Part shown: in pieces, positions 20,187 through 36,375 of the stretch
How positions within the stretch are numbered: the stretch's first letter is position 1
Layout of the letters: every line of letters begins with the position of its first letter
Assembly: GCF_009914755.1 (NCBI RefSeq)
Contig: NC_060925.1
Origin: the human T2T-CHM13v2.0 reference genome, Homo sapiens
DNA: 64,000 nt
Direction: 5' to 3' (one strand)
Translations under genes and position numbers: made by a program
The notes under the pieces: generated by a model
The model's input: only the letters and a program-made list of their open reading frames with translations
What the model was told of the DNA's origin: nothing
The model's database searches: none

Positions 20187-20529
20187 TGTTTCTCTACTTA
20201 TTCCAACATAAATAAGGGTTTTTCTTTGACATGGTGCTGGAGACCCAAAATCATAATTCTATACATGATTCCTCATCGCCTACAGAATTAAATTCAAACT
20301 TTCCCTCTTATACCCAACTCTCCACAATCACTCTATTCTCCATAAAAAATTTGGTGAGTCTCCCATGACTCTAGCAATGCTTATATTTCACGGATGTGTG
20401 ACAATTCACTGCTCACATTACTTTTCTGGAATAAGATGGGGTAGAAACAGATGTTTGCTCTTTCCCAATAAACTGCTACACATGCTGATTTCTGTGCTTT
20501 TGTTTACTTGTTCCTTTTATGGAATGTAG

Positions 20530-20904
<375 letters not shown>

Positions 20905-22604
20905 TGAACACCTGCTGAGCTCTTGGCCAAGTGCCTTTGCTGATCACTACTGACTGGGGAGTTCAAGGCTGGTAACCTCAGTTTTTTAGATGAGAAAACT
21001 AGGGCTGAGAGACAGCAAGTAACTTGTCCAAGGCCCCAAAAGTAAGTAAGTAAGTAGGAGAGTTAGACTTTAAACTCACTCCTGTGTGACTCCAAAGGCT
21101 GTGGAAGCTCTTTCTACTGTGGCCCCAATCAAAAGTCAACTAAACTCCAACTTCAAATTCACGATATCCAGCTACTCCTTGGCTCCCCGGGCCAGAATCA
21201 GACCTTCCAGGTGCCACCATAGTCATCATTTTGAACCTTGTGTGTAGGCTGATGAGAACATTCAGAGTCTTCCTGCCCACCTCAAAGAAGTCCTCTCAAG
21301 AGAACTAGCAAAGCTGGTTCACAGAGGTCTGTCAGGACAGAATTATCCAGCACATGCCTTCCCATAATATTTTCTTAACAAAAAGAGTTTCCCAGTGTCC
21401 AGAATACAATCTCTTCAGCTCACCACAGGGTCTACTATTACAGAGCCATTTCCTGCCAGGTGCCCAAAGTGCACCCTCATTTGATCCACATTTTTTAAAG
21501 GAATCTTGCCATGCAGTCTCACCCTCTGATTCCCAGAGCCCAGTCTCTTCAAAACACAGCTCCCCACTGCTGGCCTGACCCTCCACATTCAGACTACCCA
21601 AACTCCTTTTATAAAGCAACTAATTGCTTTTGAGTCTCCAGCACTGTCTAAAAAAACAAACAAAAAAAAAACCTTTCCAGTTTCTACATAGCCATACCCC
21701 TAAGTACCGCTATAGTTCAAGGAGTGTGCTAAGAGTGAATAGTTTTTTGTTTTAATTTTGACTTTCCACAGCTCCCAAAAACAAGGGATAAGAAATGACA
21801 AGGGGAGTGTTAGAGGCGTCTGTTTCTTAAAACCATTATCACTCCCGGGCTTAGAAAATACTTCACAATGATGGCCATTTCATGAGGCTGTCTCTCCAGA
21901 AACTCAAATTGCACAGAGACTTTAAAAGTGGCTAAGAATACAAAATAAGTAAATAAAAATGATCCTTTGCCTAGGAAATTCCTTCCTTCTTCGAGGGAAG
22001 ACACTCCAGATACCTCCATGAGCTTTGCTTCCACACAGCTCAGGTGATGCTGACAGGTCTTCCCAGCGCAGGTGTTATCAGCAGAGGGCACACTCCCTCC
22101 CCAGTCCTCCACCAGGCTCCACAGGAAATGCCAGGGCAGGATTTAAAGGAAGGTTTATCACCCCCACTTTATATAACTGGGTAACAGAGTCATAGCCAGA
22201 ATTGGAAGCAGCTTTTCCAGGGAACACACAATCAGGAAAGGAGTGTGGGTTTCCAGCATCTCCCCACAACCCACTGTTTGCTCGATGACTCCAGGGATGG
22301 TCTTTGTGACAAAGTTTTATTAATCCATTGCAAAATGAGAAAAATACCAGCAATTCTATGTATATCTAAGAGTGTATATTGCCTATATTCAACTGTGAAT
22401 TTGTGTGTGTAACACAAATTCTTCCACTGCCCTTTCTTGCCTAAGGACTGATTGGGACTGTTCATATTCTCAGAGTATAGCCTCCTGATTTTTTAGATTT
22501 TAAATGATCTGTCTTTAATTGTATTGATGACAAATCATACTTTTTCAATATCCTTACTTGGCAAAAAATAAAGTGATTACCCTAGGTCCTTTTCCAAAAT
22601 TAAA

Positions 22605-22735
22605 GTGTGTGTGTGTATATATATATGTATATATATATATTTATATATATATGTATATATATATTTTATAATATATATTATATATATATATACACACGTA
22701 TACATACACACACACACACACACACCACACACAAA
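22605..22735. repeat. Complex (TG)n(TA)n(CA)n microsatellite in intron 3
   Basis: Directly visible; a polymorphic repeat of this form is known in HSD3B2 intron 3. Confidence 0.9.
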
Positions 22736-22884
22736 CATAGGTCCATGAAACCCAAAAGTCTAGAAATTCTTGCTTTCTAGAACCCAAATGTCAGTTTCTT
22801 TTTATTTTTGCGTTTTTCCTACGGCTGTATCATGACCCAATCTCAGTCAGAGCCACAGAAGAATGCACCCTGAGTCTGTTATAA

Positions 22885-23799
<915 letters not shown>

Positions 23800-24186
23800 T
23801 TTAAGGATGACAGAGATGTGCATGTGGGTATTGTTAGGAAATGTCATCAAACTCCACCCACCTGGCTTCATACAGAAGGCAACAGGGGCACAAGCCCAGG
23901 TCCTGCTGCCTCTCTTTCACACAATGCCCAACTTACTGTCTTCTTCATGTCATCAAAATCTGCACAGTCACTGGCCCAACCAGAACTTTCTGTCCTAATC
24001 ATACACCAGAAGACAAACAATATGATTTGCTGTTACCAAATCTCAGTGGCTGATTCTGAACAATTGTGGTCTCTTTTAACTTGAGGTTCTCTTTTGACTA
24101 ATAGAGCTCCATTTCCCCTGTTAAATGAGAAAGCATTTCTTTTCTCTTTAATCTCCTATTCCTTCACACAGTTCAACATAAAGAGC

Positions 24187-24192
24187 AATAAA
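24187..24192 (+). terminator. HSD3B2: HSD3B2 polyadenylation signal AATAAA
   Basis: Canonical hexamer about 390 nt after the stop; conserved in the pseudogene at 47665-47670. Confidence 0.85.
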
Positions 24193-24442
24193 TGTTTTAA
24201 TGCTTAACATGGAGAGAAGCATGGTTTCTGTTAATACATACTTTCATCCTTTTCCTTTCATTTCCAACTATCACCATCTCCAACTTAGAAGAGTAGCATG
24301 AAACCAGGGTTGGGGGGTGGGCAGAGTAGTAGGAGGTACAGAAAGGGCAGATGAATACTGAATAAGCTCTACTATGTTTTAGGCATGTATGAAATGAACT
24401 ACATATGACATATATTATCTCATTTAATACTCATCAGAAACC

Positions 24443-25018
24443 TGTCAATTGAGGAAAATGACAAGACACGTCTCAATCATTTTAGGAGATTCACTTGAAG
24501 ATGTGCCCAGGAGACAGGCCTATGCCTTTCTCCAAAGATGATTTTGAGGGCTCCAATTCAAAGGAGGGAAAGAGAGGGATATTGAGAAGCACACAGTTTT
24601 TATGTAACGGGATGGTAGGAAAAAAATAGTCATTCATGCCTTTGTCTGGCTCAGTGAATCTGCATTTTTTACATAAGATGACATAAACAGTAGGGGCAGA
24701 GGGAAATGCAGATTCCCTGCATTTTACATAAAATAACAGACAAAATGGGGTAGGGGAAAAATCAGATAGGCATTTGTGTCTGGGGTAACTGCACCGGTAG
24801 TGATAAGCTATCAATTTGCATTGCCGTGGTGAAGTTTTAACAGCTCACTAGGAAATTCCTTGTGGGCAAAATATGGGGGAGGCATGTAGCTTTTCATCTT
24901 GTAGCCATCTTGTTTAGGCACCAAAAGGGGGGAGGCAGGTTTGCCTGACCCAGTTCCCAGCTTGATTTTTCCCTTTGGCTAAATGAGATTGGGGCCCCAT
25001 AATTTAATTTTTTTCACG
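24443..25018 (-). repeat. 3' LTR of the provirus (polypurine tract adjacent at 25019-25034)
   Basis: Direct repeat of 32521-33110; plus-strand ends TGTCA...TCACG; PPT AAAAAAAGGGGGAAAA on the minus strand. Confidence 0.92.
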
Positions 25019-25105
25019 TTTTCCCCCTTTTTTTCTCTAAACTCTTTTGAAGTACTGCATTTTGAAAGAAATATGCATTCCTGGCCTCTGGTTGCTTTTT
25101 CTTTT

Positions 25106-25142
<37 letters not shown>

Positions 25143-25449
25143 GTTTCTCATGGCTAGGATGGTTTATTCCTAGAAGTTCAGGTCCCACATCACTAGGAAG
25201 GCTCATTCCTGGGAGGTTATGTCTCACCTTGCTAGGAAGGCTTATTCCTAGGAAATCTTGTCCCATGAAGAAAAAAAAAAAATGGAGGGGTGGGGTGGAA
25301 GAAGGGAAAATGAGAGGAAACCAGAAAGAGAGAGAGAGAGAGAGAAAAGAAAATATATAGGGACCTAGGCCAGATTTATAGCAACAAAAGGAAAGCAAAC
25401 CTGGAAGCTGGGTGAGGGTATATTACTGCCTCCTCAATTAGAGCAATTC

Positions 25450-26733
25450 TTTGGGCCTTTTAGTTGCACGTTGACTTACATGCAAGCACATACCATAACA
25501 ACATTGTAAGCAAAAACAGGATGGAACACAAATTATTACTATTATTCCTATTATAAACAATAGTTTCTACCACCATGTTCCCCAGGATCCAAGCCAACCA
25601 CTCAACCAATCGATTAGTGAGGGTTTTGGATCTGACAGGTTGGTTATCTGGGTTTTCATAGCAGTCATATGTTGCATTATGTTCTTTGATTCATCTGGAA
25701 CATACACACAACATTTAGTTTTATGATGGCACAGGTCCCCTCTTGTGCTGTCATGAGTATCTAAAGCCATATGATTTTGCAGCACAGCTTTCCTCATAAG
25801 CATAACCTCATTGTTTAGCAAGGGGATACTCATGCGGCTATCATTCAGGGCCTTTTGGGTGTAATTCGTTAAGGCCTCTATATGCCATATAACATCTTCA
25901 ATACCTATCTGTGGTACAAAGATTGAAGCTAAATGATCATGCCATTGGAATACTGAACACATCCAATAAGAGTGTAAATGAAAAAGGTTTGCTGGTTTTG
26001 GCAGGGTCTGAATTACTTGTCCTTGTGCCCAAGCATAACCTAGGGAACATCATCCTAACCACCTTGGAGGTAACCATGGCCATAAGGTAGTGCCACATAG
26101 CCAATATGTCCCATTTGGAGCTAGCCAATAAATATCTGGTTGCTGCACCCAATTGTTGGCATGCCAGTCAGTGTCTTATAATATGATAATGTGGTCTCAA
26201 TGTTCTCCAGGTATCCACCCCACATCTCTCATACTGTTTTGCTAAGTTGGCCAAAGAATGGGTGAGCCAGATAAATCCATCCCAAATTTGTATTATTCCA
26301 TTCTGAAAATGGGTCATTGTTTGAGGCATGGTTACCACCTTCTCTTTTACTTGGGGAGATGCTAAAGTGAGAGCAAATGAGCTGGTCTTTTCCATTGAAA
26401 AACTTTTGCTATGTCCCTTGTTCTTAAGAGTGTTTTTAATGGGCCAACTATATATATTGTCTTTTGTTATGCCAGCACTAAGAATACCAGACCGTTTCTG
26501 TGATGTAATACATTTTTGGTATTCTATCCAGTCCTGACCTTGGAAGAAGGATACTCACCATGGCAGGCCACAGCCACTGGAGATAGGCATGAGCCCACAT
26601 ATCCAGCAGGTGTCCTTTTGTAATCTGTCTGCATAATCCTGAGCCTATTGCAGAAACAGATTTGTTTCATGGGCATCAGTGGCAAGAAGATGTAGGGATA
26701 TATAATTAATAATAGCAAGGTTGTGAAATTCAT
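25450..26733 (-). pseudogene. ERV env remnant (EnvR(b)/PABL-like)
   Basis: Signal peptide MNFTTLLLLII; SU motif NGIIQIWDGFIWLT; TM with HIEALTNYTQKALNDS, immunosuppressive LQNHMALD and CX6CC; frameshifted. Confidence 0.85.
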
Positions 26734-26923
26734 TTTAGTTACTAACAGATGTTAAATTAGACAAAGCAAGTGCCCTGTTCTGTATAAGACAGCAGTTGCC
26801 AGTATATCTAGGACAATCATTGTAATGGTTATTGTACAATGAACATAGACATTTCTTTGTATACAGGCCTGGTCCTGTATCTTGGGTTTAAGCAGTCCAC
26901 AATAGCATAGCTGTCATCTGCTT

Positions 26924-29900
26924 CTAATCCTGGGTTAAAAGTCGATGTTTAGTGAACTTGAGGTGAAGGTCTTTGGTGGAAGTTACAGCCAGCTCAGGAG
27001 ATTGTGACTTTTTAAGATGAGTGATGTGAATCCAAGAGTCTATACCCTCTAATTTTGTGGCACATGGATTAGTCAATAGTGCCCGGTATGGGCCCTTCCA
27101 TCGGGGTTGAAGGGAATTCTTTATTAGATGTCTTTTCCAATAGACAAAATTTCTGGGCTGCAGATTGTGACCAGGTGCCTTATCTTCAGGGAGCACACTA
27201 TGAAAGGAATTTCTTACCAAATCTTGACTTTTTTAAGGTGATAAAAAAAGTCGCTCACAATATTGCAATATATCTCCCTTGAGAAAAGTTGGATTTGTTA
27301 TGTTTGTTCCCATATACATGGGCCTTCCCACTATAATTTCATAAGGGGACAATTGATGTTTTCCAAAAGGGGTTGATCAGAGTGTAAGCAGCACTAGGGT
27401 GAGTGCTTCGAATGAGGGGAGGGAAAATGCCTCTGTGAACTTAGCCAATTGTGTTTTAATTATTCCATTGGTTCTCTCCACCAGGCCTGAGGATTGGGGA
27501 TGGTAGGCACAATGGAAATGTTGAGATATGGGCCAAATTTTTCAAATATTTTGAATAACCTGGCCAGTAAAGTGAGTTCCCCTGTCATTGTGAAGTTCAC
27601 AGGGGACTCCCCACAGTGGGATACTTTTTTCTAGTAGGATTTTTCCAACCGCCATAGCTGTTGCTTGCCTACAGGGAAAAGGTTCAACCCAATGGGAAAA
27701 CATGTAGACTATTACTAAAACATACCTGTAAACTTGAGATGATGGCAGCTGGATAAAATCAAGGTGCCATACTTCAAGAGGTCCAATCAGAAAGGAAAAA
27801 TGACCCTGGGCCCCATGGAGGGGCTTTCGTGGGTTATATTTGGGACAAATAACATAACAAGAGTAAACTTTTTGTGCCACTGTGAAGGATGGTTTCCAGT
27901 AATACTGTTAACACCAGGATATTACTTTATCTGGATTCCAATGGCTTAGATTATGAACATATTCCACAAGGGGCACCTGACATCCAATTAGAATAACAGG
28001 TTTATTATTAGGTCCACTTCCTATTTCAGTTTTGGGAGCCAAGTATTTCCCTGCCTGTTTCCAAGTAGATTTCCCTTTTGTAGGAGCTCTGGGTTTCTTT
28101 CAACATGTTTCTAAGTGTTTTTGGGTTTTATGGCCATTTCTTGTACTGGGGCTGGTGGCTTGGATGCTGCTCTTTTAGCTGTAGTGTCAGCCAGTTGGTT
28201 ACCTGACTTTCTATGGTGTCTAATTTTGAGTGACCTGGGATTTTTATAATTGCCAAACGTTTTGGTTTCAAAATAGCTTCTAATAGCTCTCATAATTGGT
28301 GTCCATTTTTTATGGATTTTCCTGAGGAGGTTAAATATCCTGTCTCTTTCCGTAGCATCCCAAAGTCATGAGCAACCCAAAAGCATAGTGGCTCTCAGTG
28401 TAAATGGCAAAAGCCTTGTCTTTTGACAATTGACAAGCTTGGATCAGGAAAATCAATTCGGCCACTTGAGCTGATCTGGCTTGGGGAAGAAGACTGGCTT
28501 TAGTTACCTCTGGTACAGAAACCACAGCATATCCTGCTCTAAAATTTCCTTCCTCTCCTCTTAAATAACACCCATTTGTGTATGATTCTATCTCAGTATT
28601 ATCCAGTGGCGTCTCTTATAGGTCTGTCCTGGGGGTGAGAAGTTGGTCAGTCATCAGAACATAGTCATGAGGGGTTTCCTTGGTAGGGCCTGTCAAGGGA
28701 GTGGCTGCATTAACATTATTACAGCGGGAAATAGTAATATTGGGAAATGATAAAAGCAAAATTTCATAAGAGGCTAACAAGTTGACAGATGCTGAGTATG
28801 ATGAGAGTTTAGAAGGGTCTTAAGAGAATGTGGCACAAAAATGGTAAGGGGGGAACCCATAATTATTTCTTCAACAGACTTGTACAGAAGGGCCATGGCT
28901 ACTATTGCTCTCACACAGGAGGCAGCCCTTAACCCACAGGGTCCAGGTGTTGGCTATAGTAGGCTATAGGTCTCCGATGATCACCATGTTTCTGGATCAG
29001 TATCCTGCATGCAGTACCTCCAGTTTCATGCACAAAAAGGGAGAAAGCCAATAGTTTGAGTGTCCTAATGCTGAGGCATTAGTTAGAATTTCCTTTATTT
29101 GTTGTACAGCTGCTTGTCCCTCTGAAGTCCACATGATGGGATCAGGTTGTTCATTTTTTAGGTATGAATACAGAGGTTGAGCCATAAGGGAGAAAATTGG
29201 TATCCAGTTTCTACAACAGCCTGGCAGGCCCAAAAATCCTCTATGTTGTTTCATAGTGATGGGCATTGGGAAAGCTGAAATTCCTCTCACTCTGTCAGGG
29301 TGAATACTCAGTCCTCTGACTGAGATAATATGCCCCAAACACTTAACTTGTGGTAAGCATACCTGAAATTTGTCTTTGGACACGATGTGTCCTTTGGTGG
29401 CTGTTTGAGTAAATACAGACTATCTTCCTGGGAGGAAGATAGTGTGCCTGAACAAAGGAGAAAGTCTTCCATGTACTGGATGAATGTTGAGCCCTGGGGA
29501 AAAATTAAATCCTCTAAATCAGCTTTTAATATTTGGGAAAAGTAAGTGAGACTTTCTGTATACGCTTCGGGCATTACAGTCCACATATATTGCCATTCTT
29601 TCCAAGTAAAGGCAAACAAATACTGGCTGTCTGGATCTACGGGAATACTAAAAAAGGGCACCGCAGAAATCCACAACTGAGAAATACTGGCTGGTAGTGG
29701 CTATGGCTGATAGAAGGGTAAGTGGTGTGGGGACTACTTAGTGCCTGGGTATTACAATATTGTTAATTGCTCTCAAGTCATGCACAAATCTTCATCCTCT
29801 CCCGCTTGGATTTTTTACAGGAAATATAGGGCTGTTGCAGGGGCTTATGCAGGGAATAATGAGCCTTTTTTTTTTTTTCAGATAATCTTGTATAATAGGG

Positions 29901-30120
29901 GCAATTCTGTCTATGGCTTCCTGTCATAGAGGTTATTGTTTAAAGTTGGGTAAGGGTTTCTTTGGGTTTCTAAATAAGGTGGGATTTACCAGAGAAATAG
30001 TCGTGCCTGTGTCAAGGCAGTTTTAACCTCATAGTTTATTATTATATTAATCTCTCCCAATTTGTTTGTCAGGGTAGAATACTTAAAGAGGTGAAACCCC
30101 TATATTTCCTCAGAGAATCC
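26924..30120 (-). pseudogene. ERV pro-pol remnant
   Basis: Protease LDTG at about 30005-30016 (rest of protease appears deleted); RT (QYLFAFTW, YMEDFLL); RNase H (SAQVAELI); integrase (C-x2-C, HLDFIQL, HNDRG, PRWKGPY); fragmented. Confidence 0.88.
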
Positions 30121-31633
30121 CTAGTCTTCCCGAGTTGCATTCTCTGGCCTTTTCTTTTGCTTCGGCCTAAGGCAATCCCTCTTGAGGTGTCCCAGTCTTT
30201 TACAGTAGTAACAGACTGGGAGGAAAGAGTTCTCAGACTGAGGGAGCTTAAAATCTTTCTGGGACTGACAGGTTTGAGAAGTTAATTGCTTTAGCTGTAA
30301 ATGCATAACTCAGGCCATCTTCTTTTTTTCTTCTTTATCATAATGCAGAGATAACTGGTCAGATAAGTTAACTAGTTCATTAGTTCTGGCTGTGGCCCAA
30401 TTTGTCATGTGGTGTTTTACAAGGGTGGCTGAATCATCATCTAGTCTGTTTAAGAAATTTGCATTTAGTAATATATCATTTTTGGTGTTTTCAAAGCAAT
30501 CAGCTGACATCCCGCAATATTGTCTTAAAGTTTATCAGAACATGTGAAATAATCTAAAACTGATTCACTTGGGTTCTGGCAGCATTGTTGGATTTTATTC
30601 CAATCCACAACCCTTTGGAACACTGAAGGAATAATATTTAACAGAGTGGTTGTTTGTTCCCATGCGTCTTTACACCCGTCTTCTGGATTTGTGGGGGCTG
30701 ATTATTGTGGCTCTATTGTGCCTTCAGGAGTCAAATCTGCTATAGGGTCTGACCATTGTGCTTTTTCCAGCCATTCCTTAGCTTTAGCTTCTGAAACCAA
30801 CAATGTGGACTAGCTGATAATGATCTGAGTGACCTTCGTCATAGGTTCTGATAATAAGCTCAACTTCTCGGGCAAACCCAATTGGATCTTTATGGGGTCA
30901 GCAAATTCTTTATGCCTCATAATTCAGCCTTTGACTAGGGTTGGTAGACAACTGCTGGGGTTCCCCTACCTGTTACTGGTTGTTCCCAAAATGAGGAAAT
31001 CATGAGAGAAGTCCCTGCGGGGTCCCCCTTTCCCACAACTTCCAGATGAGACTGCCATTGGCGTTGTCAGGGAATCCTCAGTGGGTGGGGTCTTTGAAGT
31101 CAGATTCCCGACTGCCTTCTGTTGAGCAAGTGTTAAACATACAGGGGAAGGTGGGGACAGATCTGGTCTGGGAAGCTCAGAGAGGTCAGGGTAGAGTGGG
31201 AGTGTAGGTGGAGGTGGGGAAGGTGCCAAACGGGAATTAGGGGATCCCAAGGATTTCTTTAAGAGAGATAAAATATTAGAGAGTTCTTTATTAGCATTCC
31301 TAAGTTGTTTGTTCCCCTCCTGTAGGGAGATGAGGTGGTCTTCCCCATTTTTGTTACTTTCTAGATACCACTGAAAATAGTTCTCCCATTCCGGTTGCTT
31401 GGTTTTTGTGCCTGCGTTTCCATCCTGGTTCACAGGTACACTAATTTGGGCATCTCAAAAGATTCCCATTTAGGCCATTGTAACTTAGAATCTGCTTTAG
31501 TTACAGTGGTCCACTCGGTTAAATATTTGCACGATCATTTGCCATAAGTATTTTGCATATACCTAGCTAGAGTTCCTAAAGGGGGAACTTTATGTTTTGC
31601 AGCTGCTGGGATCTTAGAGGCCTTGTTCGCCAT
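30121..31633 (-). pseudogene. ERV gag remnant
   Basis: ATG at 31633 (MANKAS...), proline-rich PPPPTLPLYP, zinc knuckle CYYCKRLGHLKRDC and TAG at the gag-pol boundary. Confidence 0.85.
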
Positions 31634-32500
31634 AATTTAGAGCTCCTCTTCAAATTTGACCAAGCTGGGACATGTGTCGGGCGCAAAATGTGCTGCTTGC
31701 AGGTCTAGCTTTTCAGATCCATTACCCCTTGACCCAGTTTGGTCCACCTGTGTCATGGCTACCTGGCACAATGTGTCAGGGGCTCAAGGTGCAGGAGGGA
31801 TCACTTCCTTATATGCACCTGCTGGTTGAGATTAGACCCTAAGTATGTTCTTCTGAGGGAGAAACCTATTTAGGGCACATTTCAGGGAGTGTTTCTCTCA
31901 GACACCCTCACATGATTCTGTCACCTGTGAATGCCTCGAAAGGCTGAGGGGAGCAAGGTGCTCTATTTCTTCATAGTGGAAGATTCCACACTCATGAGCT
32001 AGAGGGTTCAGAGTTGGTCAAATCCGACAGGAGAAGGGACTGAAATATACACATACACACACACACAGAAACAAACAACAAAACAGTTAAGCAAAACTAA
32101 CAATGATCACACTGAGCGCTCTAAGTGTAAGCAGGAAAGTAACACCAGCTTGTTGTTAATGTTAATTTTAGTCATTTAAAAGAATTGATAAGACGCAATC
32201 CCAAACCAGTTTCTTACCTAGTGATGGGGCCCAAGCCAGAGACCACTCTCCACCGATGCAGAAGCAGATGAGCTCACTTTCCTTGATGGAAGCAAGTAAA
32301 AGAACTACCACAAAAAAGGCGAGTTGTTTTAACAGCAAATAAACCTCAGACCCCTAACTGAAAAATATTAAAAGGGATCCCTGGAGGAAAGAGGTGCCTG
32401 ACTTCGGCAAATCTTCCTGTCATTTTGGGATATAAAGTGCCCAAGCAGGTACCAAGCACTGAGAGGCAAATTTCCACAGGCCAGGTCACTTTCACTCAGG

Positions 32501-32518
32501 ATCCCTCCATGGTTACCA
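32501..32518 (-). other. Primer binding site complementary to tRNA-Arg
   Basis: Plus strand ATCCCTCCATGGTTACCA versus the recalled tRNA-Arg(TCG) 3' end ATCCCTTCGTGGTTACCA (16/18); 2 nt from the LTR. Confidence 0.8.
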
Positions 32519-32520
32519 GA

Positions 32521-33110
32521 TGTCAGTCGAGGAAAATGATGAGACAAATCTCAATCATTTTAGCAGCTTCATTTGTTAAAGTTAAGGGCACATCCAAGAG
32601 ACAGGTCTATGCCTTTCTCTGTAGATGATTTTGAGTGTTCCAAATTCAAAGGGGGAAAGAGTGGGATATTGAGAAGCACACAGTTTTTATGTAAGGGGAG
32701 GGGAGGGAAAAATAGCCATTCATGCCCTTGTCTGGCTCAATGAATCTGCACTTTTTACATAAGATGACATAAAAGAGGCAGAGGGAAAATGCAGGGAATC
32801 TGCATTATACATAAGGTAACACAGAAAACACTGGGTAGGGGAACAATCAGATATGCATTTGTGTCTGGCATCCTGGGTGACTGCACCTGTAAAGATAAGT
32901 TATCAATTTGCATTGCCATGATGAAGTTTTAACAGCTCACTGGAAATTTCCTTGTGGGCAAAATACGGGGGAGGCATGTAGCTTTTCATCTTGTAGCCAT
33001 CTTATTTAGGCACCAAAAGGGGGAGGCAGGTTTGCATGACCCAGTTCCCAGCTTGAGTTTTCCCTTTGGCTAAATGAGTTTGGGGTCCCAAAACATAATT
33101 TTCTTTCACA
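32521..33110 (-). repeat. 5' LTR of the provirus
   Basis: TGTGAAAG...TGACA on the minus strand; adjacent to the PBS. Confidence 0.92.

Positions 33111-36375
<3,265 letters not shown>

Larger units (their letters stand above)
24443..33110 (-). mobile_element. Full-length defective ERV1 (gamma-like) provirus with MER4-group LTRs (MER83/84/PABL-like), HERV-R(b)-related
   Basis: Two LTRs, AACC TSD (24439-24442 and 33111-33114), PBS, PPT and gag-pro-pol-env remnants; empty site with a single AACC in the paralog at 47918-47921. Confidence 0.93.

Noticed and set aside
25154-25266. CRISPR-like array
   Set aside because: Eukaryotic ERV tandem repeat; the would-be spacers resemble each other and there are no cas genes
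24979-25398. Overlapping 139-aa and 125-aa ORFs
   Set aside because: Driven by homopolymer and GA tracts in the ERV 3' non-coding region
25567-26733. Domesticated syncytin-like env
   Set aside because: env is split across several frames; the longest piece is 131 aa
32501-32518. tRNA gene
   Set aside because: Only the 18-nt retroviral primer binding site; no cloverleaf
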